Positions 37,704-47,767 of a stretch of DNA of 64,000 nt are shown in pieces; positions within the stretch are counted from its first letter, which is position 1; every line of letters starts with the position of its first letter. A model generated the notes under the pieces. That model worked only from the letters and a program-made list of their open reading frames with translations, ran no database searches and was not told the DNA's origin. The position numbers were made by a program, and so were the translations under genes. The stretch comes from Bacillales bacterium UBA6865 (GTDB lineage: Bacteria; Bacillota_I; Bacilli_A; RFN20; CAG-826). The DNA is taken from contig DKCV01000016.1 of assembly GCA_002449265.1 (NCBI GenBank), positions 28,718 to 92,717 on the forward strand, written 5' to 3'.

Positions 37704-38342
37704 AACTATCGCCTTCCTTTCTTTCGTTATGTGTAGCAAGAATACAGCCAAACCGCATATTTTCAATGATTATTTTCGCGATTTTCATTTTCTTTAGAAA
37801 AAATCGATGTTTTCATTCGTAAATTTGCTTCTCTTCTAACTAGAAGAAAAAGTTTGTTTACGTTCTAAGAAAAGGTGTAGCAAGGAAGATTTTTGTCGTT
37901 TCAATTTAACGAGTAACAAAAATAGTAAACACACTCTGGTAAAACCGCTGATTTATATTGCGCTATTAAAGTTAAGAAACTCGATGAATCCTTGCTTTTA
38001 TAGGGGAAGAGTAGCTATAACGATTCCGTTTTTATAAAGCCTATTCAGGGCACGCCAGGGATAAGACGGTCAGCCGTTTTTGCTACTTCCCATTTTCTAG
38101 ACCGAATAACATTTTTGGCGCGCTTTTTAGTCATCAACCCTATAGGAATGCTAAAGAAAGTCAGCTATAACGGGTTTTACTTATGGATTTCTCTAAAAGA
38201 GCGTATTTGTTAAAGGGTTCTAGAAGCTTTATTAGGGATAAGGAGAATAATCGCCATCATAGACTATGCCAAACTCTTCTATGGTTATCTTGTAGCTATT
38301 AGGATTATTGATCCGCCCTCAATTTAAATTCTTTCTATGCCT

Positions 38343-38389
38343 CACAAAAGAAAAGACCCTTCTGTTAGCTAATCTAACGATTGGGTCTT
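38343..38389 (-). terminator. Orphan nested hairpin with a minus-strand U-tract inside the non-coding gap
   Basis: AAGACCC...GGGTCTT outer stem encloses GTTAG-ctaat-CTAAC. On the minus strand it is followed by TTCTTTTGTG. No intact gene ends here. Confidence 0.4.
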
Positions 38390-39099
38390 GCCTCAAAACT
38401 ACTGGTATTTTTTGTTAAGTTTGTTAAACCTGTTAAACTTTAAATTTTATTAAGTTTGTTATATTTATTTTAGTAAAAAGGCGCAAAAAACAACATCTAT
38501 CATGTTAGGCCAAATTAAATTGAAGAAAGGGAACCCACGCTTCTATAACGATTAAAGACCGCGAACATAGGATTGGTAGAACTTGTTCCGTTTGTAATGG
38601 CTATCGTTCCCCTTACGGCGATGCGTGCGGTTATTAAGGAAATTTGTTTTGTCTCGCCTTTTCCTTGCAGGGCTTTTATCAATAAGTCCGTCACTTTTTT
38701 CTTAGTGGCACGCCATTACAGTAAATGCCAAAAGCAAAAAAATAGAGAATCATCCCTTGCATGCACTTTGAAGCTTTTTCATCAATGACATTTGTGTCAA
38801 AAAAATAAATTCATGTGGAACGAATGAAATGAGAAATCAATAAATTAATTTTTAGGTAAATAGAATTAATTTCTTGTTGGAATCGCTTTAAGTTCTAGAA
38901 GTTTTGCGTATGACAAAAAATAAAAATACTAAATATAGTATTAAAATTAAATTAAAAATTAACAAAAATATAAAAACAGATGGCAAACACTACACATTTA
39001 AATATCTTAGAAGCATAGTTAAACAATGCTTGACATTTAAATAAAAACCTTGAAATTATCCTTTATAAAAACGCGTCTATACGCGGAAGGAGAAGTGAA

Positions 39100-41628
39100 A
39101 TGAAAAAAGCTAAATCACTATTCCCTCTTGGTTCAATCATGGTCGTAGGCACTATGGCTCTAGGAGGGTGTAACGGAGGCTTTAGCGATAAGCGCTACAC
39201 ACTTTATGATGTGACTTCGCTAAGTCCGAATTTATGGGGGCCAGGGCATCGACTATATACGCACGACGCCCTTGTGTATTCCTATACGGAATCTGGTCTT
39301 GTCGACTTTGTTCCTGACGAATCGAAAACCAGCTATAAGGTAATCCCCGTCATGGCTAAGGAGCTCCCTCTTGATGCAACAAGCACCCTTACTGATGAAG
39401 AAGTAAGCCGATATCGTATGGAAGTGGATACGGATAAAAACGGGGAAAAATTCACCAAAGGCCAAAAATGGCTCGTTAAGCTTAACCCGAATGCCGTTTT
39501 TGAAGATGGCAGCAAAATAACCGCTGATACCTACATTGAGTCTTTAAAAAGGGTGTTGGATCCCCAAATGCAAATGCCGCGCGCTAGTGGTTTCACGACT
39601 GGGAAAGTAGCAGTTGCCGGAGGAGAGTTTTATTTGAAGAACAACCGCGCGTTCTTGGAGCCTTATTTGGACGAAAAAGGGCAAGCAAACAAAAAACAAG
39701 TCGCTAAAGACGATGGTTGGTTTTTCAATTTGTTCAAACCACTCCCTTTCTTTCGCGATGGCATTTCGTTTTTCTCGATGTGCAAGAACTATTTCCCATA
39801 TGATAAAGAGGTAATGGACCTTATTGCGGATAAGGATGCTTTTGGGGTCGAATCTCATCCGAAAGATGTTCGCATTGATAGCAAAGAGAACGAAGCGCTA
39901 CGGGATCGCGTTTTTCTTGCCGCGAAAAAAATTGTCGGAAGATTAGATTTAGCCGACCCTACCAGGTTCCAAAACGCGATTGAGGAACGCGATATTGTTA
40001 GGAAAGGGGAACCTTTCTCGTTAGAAGCGTTTCTGTTCCGTTACTTTAAAAACCCAGAATATTCATTTGAGAATGTCGGCATCAAAAAAATAGACGACTA
40101 TTCTTTCTATTATTATTTCAAGCTTCCTTTGTCCAATTTCTTTGCCCAACAGTTTTTCGGGGGAAGTTGGCTCGTTAAGCTTGATCTTTGGGATAAACTA
40201 AGGAAACCAGTCGCCGATAGCGATTTATATTCAACGACCTATGCAACATCGAAAGAGACTTATGTTGGCTATGGGCCTTACAAACTAGAGTCTTTCCAAG
40301 CGGACAAAAATTTCAAGCTTACGAGAAACGATTCTTGGGTTGGCTATAAAAACGGCCTAAATGAGGGCAAATACCAAATTGATAGCATTTCTTTTGAAGT
40401 CGTGAGCAATCCCGATACGGTTCTTACGATGTTCCGAAAAGGGGAAATCGATAGCTATAGTCTACTAGGGACAGAAAAAAAGATTTTCGATTCTTGTTCG
40501 CGGGTGATTAATTCTCCTACGGGTCACGTGACTAAGCTCACCTTAAATAGCGTTTATGATCTTTTAAAAGCTTTGCAAGACAAAGAAAGCGATGGCTCGA
40601 ACCATACGATTTTATCGAACATCAATTTTAGAAAGGCCCTTTCTTTGGGTTTTGACCGAAAAACGTTTTGCCAAGTGAAAACCGCCGCTTGGATCCCATT
40701 CAATGTGCCGATTTCCACCGTTTCTTTAGCTGATCCCGATAGCAAAACCATCTATCGAGAGACAAAAGAAGGGAAAGCGGTTATCGAAAAGCATTTTGGC
40801 CTTGATGAAGGGAAATCAAATTACATTTCTTTCGATTTAGCGGAAGCGAAGGAACTTATCGATAAGGCAATCGAAGAAGAAAACGCTTCGAATCGCGAAG
40901 GGTCTTATAAAAAAGGACAAAAGGTCCATCTCATCTGGGAATGTCCTACGGAAGGATGGAAAGATAGGATCAATTGGATTATCGAGAATTACAAAAAGCT
41001 CATGAAGGGAACTTTACTAGAAGATAAATTTGAAATCGAAATCAAATCTACTTCCCCCAATGATTTCGTGCAGCATATGCGTAACGGAATTTGTGATATG
41101 GCCATCTCTACTTGGACGGGTGGCGATACTGACCCCTTCACTTTCATCGGGGTATTTACCGATTCAAAAAGAATGTTCGAACCCTATCCCGTCCATCGCG
41201 ACTATCTAGAGATTGATTTAGATACTGGCGAATATAGTTCGGAGCGTGGCGAATTAGTGAGAACGCGGAAAAACGCAGTTGGCATGCGAATCGATAGTGA
41301 AGATAGTGGGCAAGAAAAAGGGTATTGGTACTATGAACTTACGAGTGGCAAATACAATGCAATACGTTCTGACATTAAGACGCGCCTTAATATTTTGTCC
41401 GCACTAGAAAGCCATATCGTTGGCAAATTCAATTTCATCACTTTCGCTATGCGTCAATCTTCCTCGATTAATAGTTATCGCCTCAAGGATGGGGTCGATA
41501 ACTATATCCCGTTAATTGGATATGGCGGAATTCGCGAAATGCGCTTGCTTAAAAATAATAGCGAGTGGAAGAAGTGGGTGAACGAGAACGCTACTAGCGA
41601 CGATGGCTATATCGATTACAACAAATAG
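39100..41628 (+). CDS. oppA: Oligopeptide-binding lipoprotein OppA-type (842 aa), second operon
   Basis: SD GGAAGGAG. Lipobox LGGCNG. Family 5 SBP-like, colinear with OppA1. Confidence 0.8.
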   Translation: MKKAKSLFPLGSIMVVGTMALGGCNGGFSDKRYTLYDVTSLSPNLWGPGHRLYTHDALVYSYTESGLVDFVPDESKTSYKVIPVMAKELPLDATSTLTDEEVSRYRMEVDTDKNGEKFTKGQKWLVKLNPNAVFEDGSKITADTYIESLKRVLDPQMQMPRASGFTTGKVAVAGGEFYLKNNRAFLEPYLDEKGQANKKQVAKDDGWFFNLFKPLPFFRDGISFFSMCKNYFPYDKEVMDLIADKDAFGVESHPKDVRIDSKENEALRDRVFLAAKKIVGRLDLADPTRFQNAIEERDIVRKGEPFSLEAFLFRYFKNPEYSFENVGIKKIDDYSFYYYFKLPLSNFFAQQFFGGSWLVKLDLWDKLRKPVADSDLYSTTYATSKETYVGYGPYKLESFQADKNFKLTRNDSWVGYKNGLNEGKYQIDSISFEVVSNPDTVLTMFRKGEIDSYSLLGTEKKIFDSCSRVINSPTGHVTKLTLNSVYDLLKALQDKESDGSNHTILSNINFRKALSLGFDRKTFCQVKTAAWIPFNVPISTVSLADPDSKTIYRETKEGKAVIEKHFGLDEGKSNYISFDLAEAKELIDKAIEEENASNREGSYKKGQKVHLIWECPTEGWKDRINWIIENYKKLMKGTLLEDKFEIEIKSTSPNDFVQHMRNGICDMAISTWTGGDTDPFTFIGVFTDSKRMFEPYPVHRDYLEIDLDTGEYSSERGELVRTRKNAVGMRIDSEDSGQEKGYWYYELTSGKYNAIRSDIKTRLNILSALESHIVGKFNFITFAMRQSSSINSYRLKDGVDNYIPLIGYGGIREMRLLKNNSEWKKWVNENATSDDGYIDYNK

Positions 41629-41643
41629 CCTAAATTCGAATTA

Positions 41644-41662
41644 GGGAGCGAAACCCGCTCCC
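41644..41662 (+). terminator. GC-rich intra-operon hairpin between oppA2 and oppB2
   Basis: GGGAGCG-aaacc-CGCTCCC, preceded by the near-palindrome CCTAAATTCGAATTAGG. No U-tract. Confidence 0.45.
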
Positions 41663-41685
41663 TTAACGCTAAAGAAAGGAGATTT

Positions 41686-42633
41686 ATGCTTCGCTATATC
41701 GCAAAAAGAATCGGCCTAATGGTGCTTACTTTCTTTATCATCATGACGATATGCTTCGTTTTGATTCGCTTGCTTCCTATTGCTCCTTGCAAAGCGGAAG
41801 ATAATAGCTGCATTTCCATTAATGCGTGGAGAGAGGCACTAGGCTACAATAAACCGATTGCAATTCAATATTTGCTTTATTTAAAGCACATCTTCCAAGG
41901 CGATTTTGGTGTTGGATTTACTCTTTATGGCGGGAAAGAAGTGACTTCCGTTTTGCTAGAGAAACTCCCCAATACGATTTATCTAAATCTATGGGCGACT
42001 TTGCTAGCGACGCCGCTTGGGCTAATTTTAGGGATTCTAGCCGCCCTAAAGAAAAACAAATGGCAGGATCAACTGATTTCTTTTTCGGTAGTGTTGCTTA
42101 TTTCCGTGCCTAGTTACATCTACTGTTTCCTTCTTCAATATCTACTTTGCGTGAAATTTGGCTTATTCCCCCTCATCGTAAAGGGAGGATACGAATTCTA
42201 TAACCCCACCTTCTTCTATAGCTATTTGCCGCCGATTTTATGTTTGACGGTTGGGAGTATTGCAGGATTAACCCGTTATACGCGCGCCGAGCTGACGGAA
42301 GTGCTGACAAGCGAATTCATGCTTTTGGCTAGAGCGAAAGGGTTGACGAGGAAGGAAGCGACCTATCGCCATGCGTTACGTAATGCGATGGTCCCGATTT
42401 TCCCGATGATTTTAGGATCTTTTATTTCTTGCTTGAGCGGGTCGATCGTCGTGGAGAATTTCTTCGCGATTCCAGGAGTGGGCTCCCTTTATTTATTAAG
42501 CATCAATAACCAAGATTACAACTTCTTTATGTTCTTGACGATGTTTTACCTTTCGATTGGTTTATCGGCAAGCTTACTAATCGACCTTTCTTATGGATGG
42601 GTTGATCCGCGCATCAGGATGGGGGCGAGATAA
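41686..42633 (+). CDS. oppB: Oligopeptide ABC permease OppB-type, second operon
   Basis: 315 aa. RYTRAELTEVLTSEFMLLARAKGL and the VDPRIRMGAR end are nearly identical in pattern to OppB1. Confidence 0.85.
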   Translation: MLRYIAKRIGLMVLTFFIIMTICFVLIRLLPIAPCKAEDNSCISINAWREALGYNKPIAIQYLLYLKHIFQGDFGVGFTLYGGKEVTSVLLEKLPNTIYLNLWATLLATPLGLILGILAALKKNKWQDQLISFSVVLLISVPSYIYCFLLQYLLCVKFGLFPLIVKGGYEFYNPTFFYSYLPPILCLTVGSIAGLTRYTRAELTEVLTSEFMLLARAKGLTRKEATYRHALRNAMVPIFPMILGSFISCLSGSIVVENFFAIPGVGSLYLLSINNQDYNFFMFLTMFYLSIGLSASLLIDLSYGWVDPRIRMGAR

Positions 42634-42635
42634 CT

Positions 42636-44129
42636 ATGAAAAATTTAGAAATGAAAAATCGTTTTCGTTTTGTGGATCTAGAAAAAAGAGGCACGGAAGC
42701 GACGTTTACCAATAAACGCGTTGGCTATTTTAGGGATGCGATGCATCGCTTTTCGAAAAATAAAGGCTCTTTGGCTGCGGGGGTGGTAATTCTACTTTTG
42801 CTCCTATTCGTAGTTATCACCCCTTTCTCTACCCGCTATAGTGCGACAGATTCCGATGTTTATTATTCAAATTGTTTGCCAAAGATGTTTAACGATAACG
42901 GCGGGTTTTTCGATGGCACGGAAAGACGCACGTTAGGGGAAGCGGAATATTATCTTTATCGCGAGGCGGGTAAGATTCGTGATACCTACCAAAAATATAA
43001 AACCGGCGATGATTTTTCCGGTTTCACCACCAAATATGAAGTGAGGGTGGATTCTTACGTGATTGGAGCGGTGCATCACACTTTCACGAAAGAAGAATTG
43101 CTTCGCGTGCTTGAATACGACAAAAAAGTAAGCGAAGAATACAAAGTCATGCTTCCTCTTATTGATTCTTCTTGGATCAAAATCGAAAAGCAAGAAAGTA
43201 GCATGACGGAAAATACCATTCGTAGCAATGCGAATTACGATTATCGCTTTAATTCCCGCACGAAATTACCGATTTTTAAGGACGGAAAAATTCAAAAAAG
43301 TTGGAAAATTGACGCAAAAGGGGACTATGTTTACTATGAAGCGACTGGCTTAAGTCAAAATGTCTATAACGTCCGTTTAAATTACGATAATTACTATTAT
43401 TCGATTCATCATTTTCGACCGATGTTTGGCTTAGGGAGCGATCAAGATGGGCGTGATATCCTTACGCGTCTTGCGATTGGAGGAAGATTCTCGCTGATTT
43501 TCGCCCTTTGCGTCAGTGCGATTAATTTCGTGATTGGCTTAATATACGGGGCAATTGAAGGGTTTTATGGGGAAAGCGTGGATATTGTGATGGAGCGAAT
43601 TGCCGAGATTTTAGGACACGTCCCCTTAATCGTAGTTATCGCTTTGTTCAAGAGCTATAGCGGTATCTATTTCAATCTCTCTACCTCGGTAATGTTATTT
43701 CTCGCATTTATTTTGACGGGGTGGCTAGGAACGGCATCTTTAGTGAGAATGCAGTTCTATCGTTACAAAAACCAAGAATACATCTTGGCGAGCCGTACGC
43801 TTGGGGCAAGTGATAAGCGGCTTATTTTCCGTCACATTCTTCCTAATTCCATTGGAACAATTGTGACGTCAAGTATCCTTATGATCCCAGGCGTTATCTT
43901 CGGGGAATCCGCTCTTTCTTATCTAGGAATCATCAATTTTGACGCTACAGGAGGCACTTCCATTGGAACGATGCTTGCTCAAGGGCAAAGCACATATACG
44001 ACCTATCCAAACAACGTTCTTTGGCCCGCTTTATTTATTTCCACTCTGATGATTTGCTTCAACTTATTTGGGAATGGGTTACGCGACGCGTTCAACCCAC
44101 AGTTAAGAGGTTCTGAATATGCAAAATAG
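42636..44129 (+). CDS. oppC: Oligopeptide ABC permease OppC-type with a large loop, second operon
   Basis: 497 aa. TM1, then a ~200-aa hydrophilic loop, then GRDILTRL...ASRTLGASDKRLIFRHILPN core. Confidence 0.85.
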   Translation: MKNLEMKNRFRFVDLEKRGTEATFTNKRVGYFRDAMHRFSKNKGSLAAGVVILLLLLFVVITPFSTRYSATDSDVYYSNCLPKMFNDNGGFFDGTERRTLGEAEYYLYREAGKIRDTYQKYKTGDDFSGFTTKYEVRVDSYVIGAVHHTFTKEELLRVLEYDKKVSEEYKVMLPLIDSSWIKIEKQESSMTENTIRSNANYDYRFNSRTKLPIFKDGKIQKSWKIDAKGDYVYYEATGLSQNVYNVRLNYDNYYYSIHHFRPMFGLGSDQDGRDILTRLAIGGRFSLIFALCVSAINFVIGLIYGAIEGFYGESVDIVMERIAEILGHVPLIVVIALFKSYSGIYFNLSTSVMLFLAFILTGWLGTASLVRMQFYRYKNQEYILASRTLGASDKRLIFRHILPNSIGTIVTSSILMIPGVIFGESALSYLGIINFDATGGTSIGTMLAQGQSTYTTYPNNVLWPALFISTLMICFNLFGNGLRDAFNPQLRGSEYAK

Positions 44130-45900
44130 AATAGAAAACAAAATACTTTCGGTTAAGAACCTTCGCGTGAGTTTCTGGACCAATAATGGCATCGTTAAAG
44201 CAGTGCGAGGCGTTTCTTTTGATTTGTATAAAGGAAGAACGCTAGCGATTGTTGGTGAATCTGGATCGGGAAAAAGTCAAACTTCCCGTGCGATTATGGG
44301 GTTATTGGCCCCAAACCGTATTATCGAAGAAGGAGAAATTCTTTACGATGGGAGAGATATCCTCCGCTTAAAAGAAGAGGAACTTTGCGCAATCCGCGGT
44401 TCTCATATTGCGATGGTCTTTCAGGACCCGATGAGTTCGCTTAATCCGATTGTCAAAGTCGGGAAGCAAATTGTTGAAGCAATCTACATCAAGCAAATTC
44501 GCTTGATCAAAGAAAATCGAGCGAGGGCTTTATATCTAAAGAAAGCCCTTCTTAACGATAACCCTGAATCGAAAGATATCCTAATCGGAGTCGAAAAAGG
44601 GGAGATAAATAAAAGCGCACTTTTCCCACTAGCGAAGAGAACCGTCGAACGAGTCGAAAATGAGATTTTTTCTAATGCATCAAGTTATCGAATTGAACTT
44701 CTTCGCATTCTTAATAGTGGCGTTTTTTCTAAACAAGAAAATGCCTTTTTAGGACTAAAAAAAGAACTTCCGATTCTAGAAAAAATGAATAAGGGAATTG
44801 AGAACCACCTAAGCGAAACAAAAGACGATTTCGTATTCACTTTTGTTTTAACGATGCGTTATTACCTTAACGAATATCGAAAAGCACTCAAACGAGAGAA
44901 AATCGCTGCAAAACTTGCCTTAAAGAAAGAAAAACGCCTTCAAAAAGGCAAGAAGGTGAAGGAAATAGACCCAATAATGAGCAAAGCGTGGGCAAGCGAG
45001 ATTGATGATTCTTCTTATGGGATAAGTCGACGCGCACAAGAATATTTCTCCTCTTTTATCGCTCATTTAGAGCGTCGTTATTCTTTGAAAGAAAAAATAG
45101 ACCTCTCCTCTCAAATAGAAGCGCTTATAGACTCTTATTGGAAAGCACTTCATCACGCAAAAAAGAAAATCGATAAAAAAGAACTTGAGAGAAAAGCGGT
45201 TGAATTATTGAGTGAAGTCGGCATCAAAGATCCAGAGAAGCGGATGAAACAATACCCCTTTCAGTTATCGGGCGGGATGAGACAACGCGTTGTTATTTCT
45301 ATCGCTTTATCGAGCGACCCCGAGATTCTAATTTGCGATGAGCCGACTACCGCGCTAGATGTCACAATCCAAGCCCAGATTCTTGATTTAATCCGCGATT
45401 TAAAGAAGAAAAGAAACCTTTCCGTTATCTTTATCACGCATAACCTTGGGGTTGTCGCGAATATCGCAGACGATATTGCGATTCTCTATGCTGGAAAAAT
45501 CGTAGAAAGAGGGACGGCGGAGGATATTTTCTACCATCCTGCTCATCCATATACATGGGCTTTATTATCTTCTGTCCCCGATTTAGAAACTAAAAATCGC
45601 CTCGATTCAATTCCTGGCACCCCTCCGAATATGATAGTTCCTCCAAAAGGAGATGCCTTCGCTAGCCGCAACAAATACGCGTTGGAGATCGATTTTGAAG
45701 AAGAACCGCCTTTCTTTACTATCTCTAAAACGCATGAGGCAGCAACGTGGCTGCTCGATAGTAGAGCGCCTCACGTTGGCCCGCCAAAATCTGTCACTGA
45801 CCGAATCGCTAGATTTCAGAAATTGAATGAGGGAAAGGTCACGAATAGAAAGGAGAAGAATAATGGAAAAAAACGTAAAAATCTCCCCAAAAAGCAATAA
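44119..45900 (+). CDS. oppD: OppD-type ABC ATPase with an insertion between Q-loop and signature, second operon
   Basis: GESGSGKS, VFQDPMSSLNP, LSGGMRQR, LICDEPTTALD. 593 aa. 11-nt overlap with oppC2. Confidence 0.85.
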   Translation: MQNRIENKILSVKNLRVSFWTNNGIVKAVRGVSFDLYKGRTLAIVGESGSGKSQTSRAIMGLLAPNRIIEEGEILYDGRDILRLKEEELCAIRGSHIAMVFQDPMSSLNPIVKVGKQIVEAIYIKQIRLIKENRARALYLKKALLNDNPESKDILIGVEKGEINKSALFPLAKRTVERVENEIFSNASSYRIELLRILNSGVFSKQENAFLGLKKELPILEKMNKGIENHLSETKDDFVFTFVLTMRYYLNEYRKALKREKIAAKLALKKEKRLQKGKKVKEIDPIMSKAWASEIDDSSYGISRRAQEYFSSFIAHLERRYSLKEKIDLSSQIEALIDSYWKALHHAKKKIDKKELERKAVELLSEVGIKDPEKRMKQYPFQLSGGMRQRVVISIALSSDPEILICDEPTTALDVTIQAQILDLIRDLKKKRNLSVIFITHNLGVVANIADDIAILYAGKIVERGTAEDIFYHPAHPYTWALLSSVPDLETKNRLDSIPGTPPNMIVPPKGDAFASRNKYALEIDFEEEPPFFTISKTHEAATWLLDSRAPHVGPPKSVTDRIARFQKLNEGKVTNRKEKNNGKKRKNLPKKQ

Positions 45901-47302
45901 TTCTCGCTTACAAGACAATAGACCGCTACTTTCCGTTTGCAATTTAAAGCAATACTTTCGCTTTGGAAGTGGCGCTTATAAATATAATAAAGCCGTACAC
46001 GATGTCTCTTTTGATATCTATGAAGGAGAGGTAGTTGGCTTAGTAGGAGAGTCAGGGTGCGGAAAAACCACAACCGGAAGGAGTATCATTCGTCTATACG
46101 ATATAACGAGTGGCTCTGTTTATTTTGATGGCGTGAGAATCTCCGCAGGAACCCGCTATAATGAAAAAGAAATCAAGTGGAAATCCATTCGTTATCATGA
46201 AGAAATTCGTTCTTTAAAAGAGAAAAAGAAAGAATCCCTTCGCGAATTCGTGAGTAAAGATGACGAAGATGCAAAAGCGGAAAGAGAGAAACTGAGGAAA
46301 GAATTTGACGAAAAAATCAAAAAACTAAAGGAAGAACTTTCCATCTTAGTAAAAGAACAACGTCAAGCTATTCGTCTAGCCCGTTACGACAATAAACATT
46401 GTAATCAGCCCTTTGCGAAAGAGGCCATCGATAAAGTAAACGCTAAGCACCGAGCAAAACGCGAAGCTTTAAAAGCGGAAAAAGCCTCCCTTTTGGCCAG
46501 AATAAAGGAAGAATTCATTTACTTAAAGGAGCGATACATCGCTTCTAAAACCAAGATTACAAGCCAAATTCAAATGGTTTTTCAAGATCCAATTGCTTCG
46601 CTTGATCCCCGGATGACGGTTCGAGAAATCATTGCGGAAGGCTTGCGTATTCAAGGGATTCATGAAAAAGATATTATCGATACAAAAGTGAAAGAAGCTC
46701 TTTTAAAAGTCGGTTTACAAGAAGAAATGGCATCGCGTTATCCGCACGAATTTAGCGGTGGGCAAAGACAAAGGATCGGTATCGCTAGAGCGCTTACGAT
46801 GGAGCCGCGGCTTCTTATTTGCGATGAGCCAGTGAGCGCGCTTGATGTTTCGATTCAAGCACAAGTGATCAATCTTCTTAACGATTTAAAAAAAGAACTT
46901 CATCTATCAATTCTTTTTATCGCTCATGATTTAAGCGTTGTGAAATATTTTTGCGATAGAATCGCTGTAATGTATTTTGGGAACATCGTGGAAGTGGCAA
47001 CTAGTGATGAACTATTCCTTCATCCGCTTCATCCGTATACTCGCTCTTTGCTTAGCGCGATTCCGCTTCCTGACCCTCGTTACGAAAAGAAGCGAAAGCG
47101 GATTGATTATGTTCCTAGTCTTGAGCACCATTACGAAATAGATAAGCCAGCGCTTATCGAAGTGAAGAAAGGCCATTTTGTATTTTGTAACGAAGAAGAA
47201 CTATCTCGTTACAAAAAGAATTTAGTCAAGGGGAATCGATATGAAAGAAAAAAATCAGTGCAAAGTCATCGATATAGAAGAGAAACGAAAGTCTCTTCAT
47301 AA
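45863..47302 (+). CDS. oppF: OppF-type ABC ATPase with a K/E-rich insertion between Walker A and Q-loop, second operon
   Basis: Start set at the ATG at 45863, after AAGGAGAAG (the ORF-track start at 45827 is rejected). GESGCGKTT, VFQDPIASLDPR, FSGGQRQR, LICDEPVSALD. Confidence 0.85.
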   Translation: MEKNVKISPKSNNSRLQDNRPLLSVCNLKQYFRFGSGAYKYNKAVHDVSFDIYEGEVVGLVGESGCGKTTTGRSIIRLYDITSGSVYFDGVRISAGTRYNEKEIKWKSIRYHEEIRSLKEKKKESLREFVSKDDEDAKAEREKLRKEFDEKIKKLKEELSILVKEQRQAIRLARYDNKHCNQPFAKEAIDKVNAKHRAKREALKAEKASLLARIKEEFIYLKERYIASKTKITSQIQMVFQDPIASLDPRMTVREIIAEGLRIQGIHEKDIIDTKVKEALLKVGLQEEMASRYPHEFSGGQRQRIGIARALTMEPRLLICDEPVSALDVSIQAQVINLLNDLKKELHLSILFIAHDLSVVKYFCDRIAVMYFGNIVEVATSDELFLHPLHPYTRSLLSAIPLPDPRYEKKRKRIDYVPSLEHHYEIDKPALIEVKKGHFVFCNEEELSRYKKNLVKGNRYERKKSVQSHRYRRETKVSS

Positions 47303-47717
47303 GTTATTGCTTCGGTTATTAATTTCCTTTTTGTTCGTACTCTTTTTATTTTCTTTAACATTTTGTTTGGAAGTATTTGGCCCCATGAATATATCGTTAT
47401 CCTTGCATAAACTACGCGTTTTAAGTGATTCTTTCTTTATAGGAGGCATTATCCCGGTCCTATTTTGGCTATTAGTTTGGGTTAATGAAAAAGGGGCTTT
47501 CGATTTGCTTAGCTTTAGCGTTAAGAAGATATGGTCGTCTATTTTCCGAAGTAATAAGAATTATTTCGTTGGAAGTTATTATGACTACGTCAGTAAGAGA
47601 CGAAAAAACGCTAAAGCAATCCATTATGAAGTATTAATCATTGGGGGAATATCCCTATTATTGGGGGTTATGTTTGCTTTATTATCACTAAGTTATGAAG
47701 CCTCGATGATTCGTTAA
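47241..47717 (+). CDS. Small polytopic membrane protein, DUF3899-like; sixth cistron of opp2
   Basis: 158 aa. GAFDLLSFSV and YYDYVSKRRK motifs parallel 26421..26885. Overlaps the oppF2 3' end by 62 nt. SD-like AAGGGGA. Confidence 0.65.
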   Translation: MKEKNQCKVIDIEEKRKSLHKLLLRLLISFLFVLFLFSLTFCLEVFGPMNISLSLHKLRVLSDSFFIGGIIPVLFWLLVWVNEKGAFDLLSFSVKKIWSSIFRSNKNYFVGSYYDYVSKRRKNAKAIHYEVLIIGGISLLLGVMFALLSLSYEASMIR

Positions 47718-47767
47718 TCATATGTATTTATGGATTTTTCCGTTTTCTCTCGTTAGACTTCCTTTGT

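Noticed and set aside
37786-37806. CATTTTCTTTAGAAAAAAT dyad upstream of the 35886..37703/opp1 genes as a CodY box
   Set aside because: The arms resemble AATTTTC/GAAAATT, but the spacing is 3 nt longer than the 15-bp CodY consensus AATTTTCWGAAAATT. In AT-rich DNA this match is too weak without a genome-wide motif analysis.
38041-38085. TCAGG...GGTCAGCC segment as the SRP (4.5S/scRNA) domain IV motif
   Set aside because: It lacks the GNRA (GGAA) tetraloop and the AGCA/GGAA symmetric-loop arrangement. The surrounding helix does not match. The resemblance is limited to a few nucleotides.
38573-38788. 71-aa plus-strand ORF in the non-coding gap
   Set aside because: It has no SD, a Cys/Phe-rich implausible translation and an unclear start. 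It lies antisense to the more gene-like, but broken, minus-strand fragments.
37767-39099. Possibility that the gap between the divergently transcribed opp loci is the replication origin
   Set aside because: I could find no TTATCCACA-type DnaA boxes (only partial matches such as TTATCCTTT) and no dnaA or dnaN nearby. Gene orientation elsewhere in the window is mixed, so the strand switch is not diagnostic.
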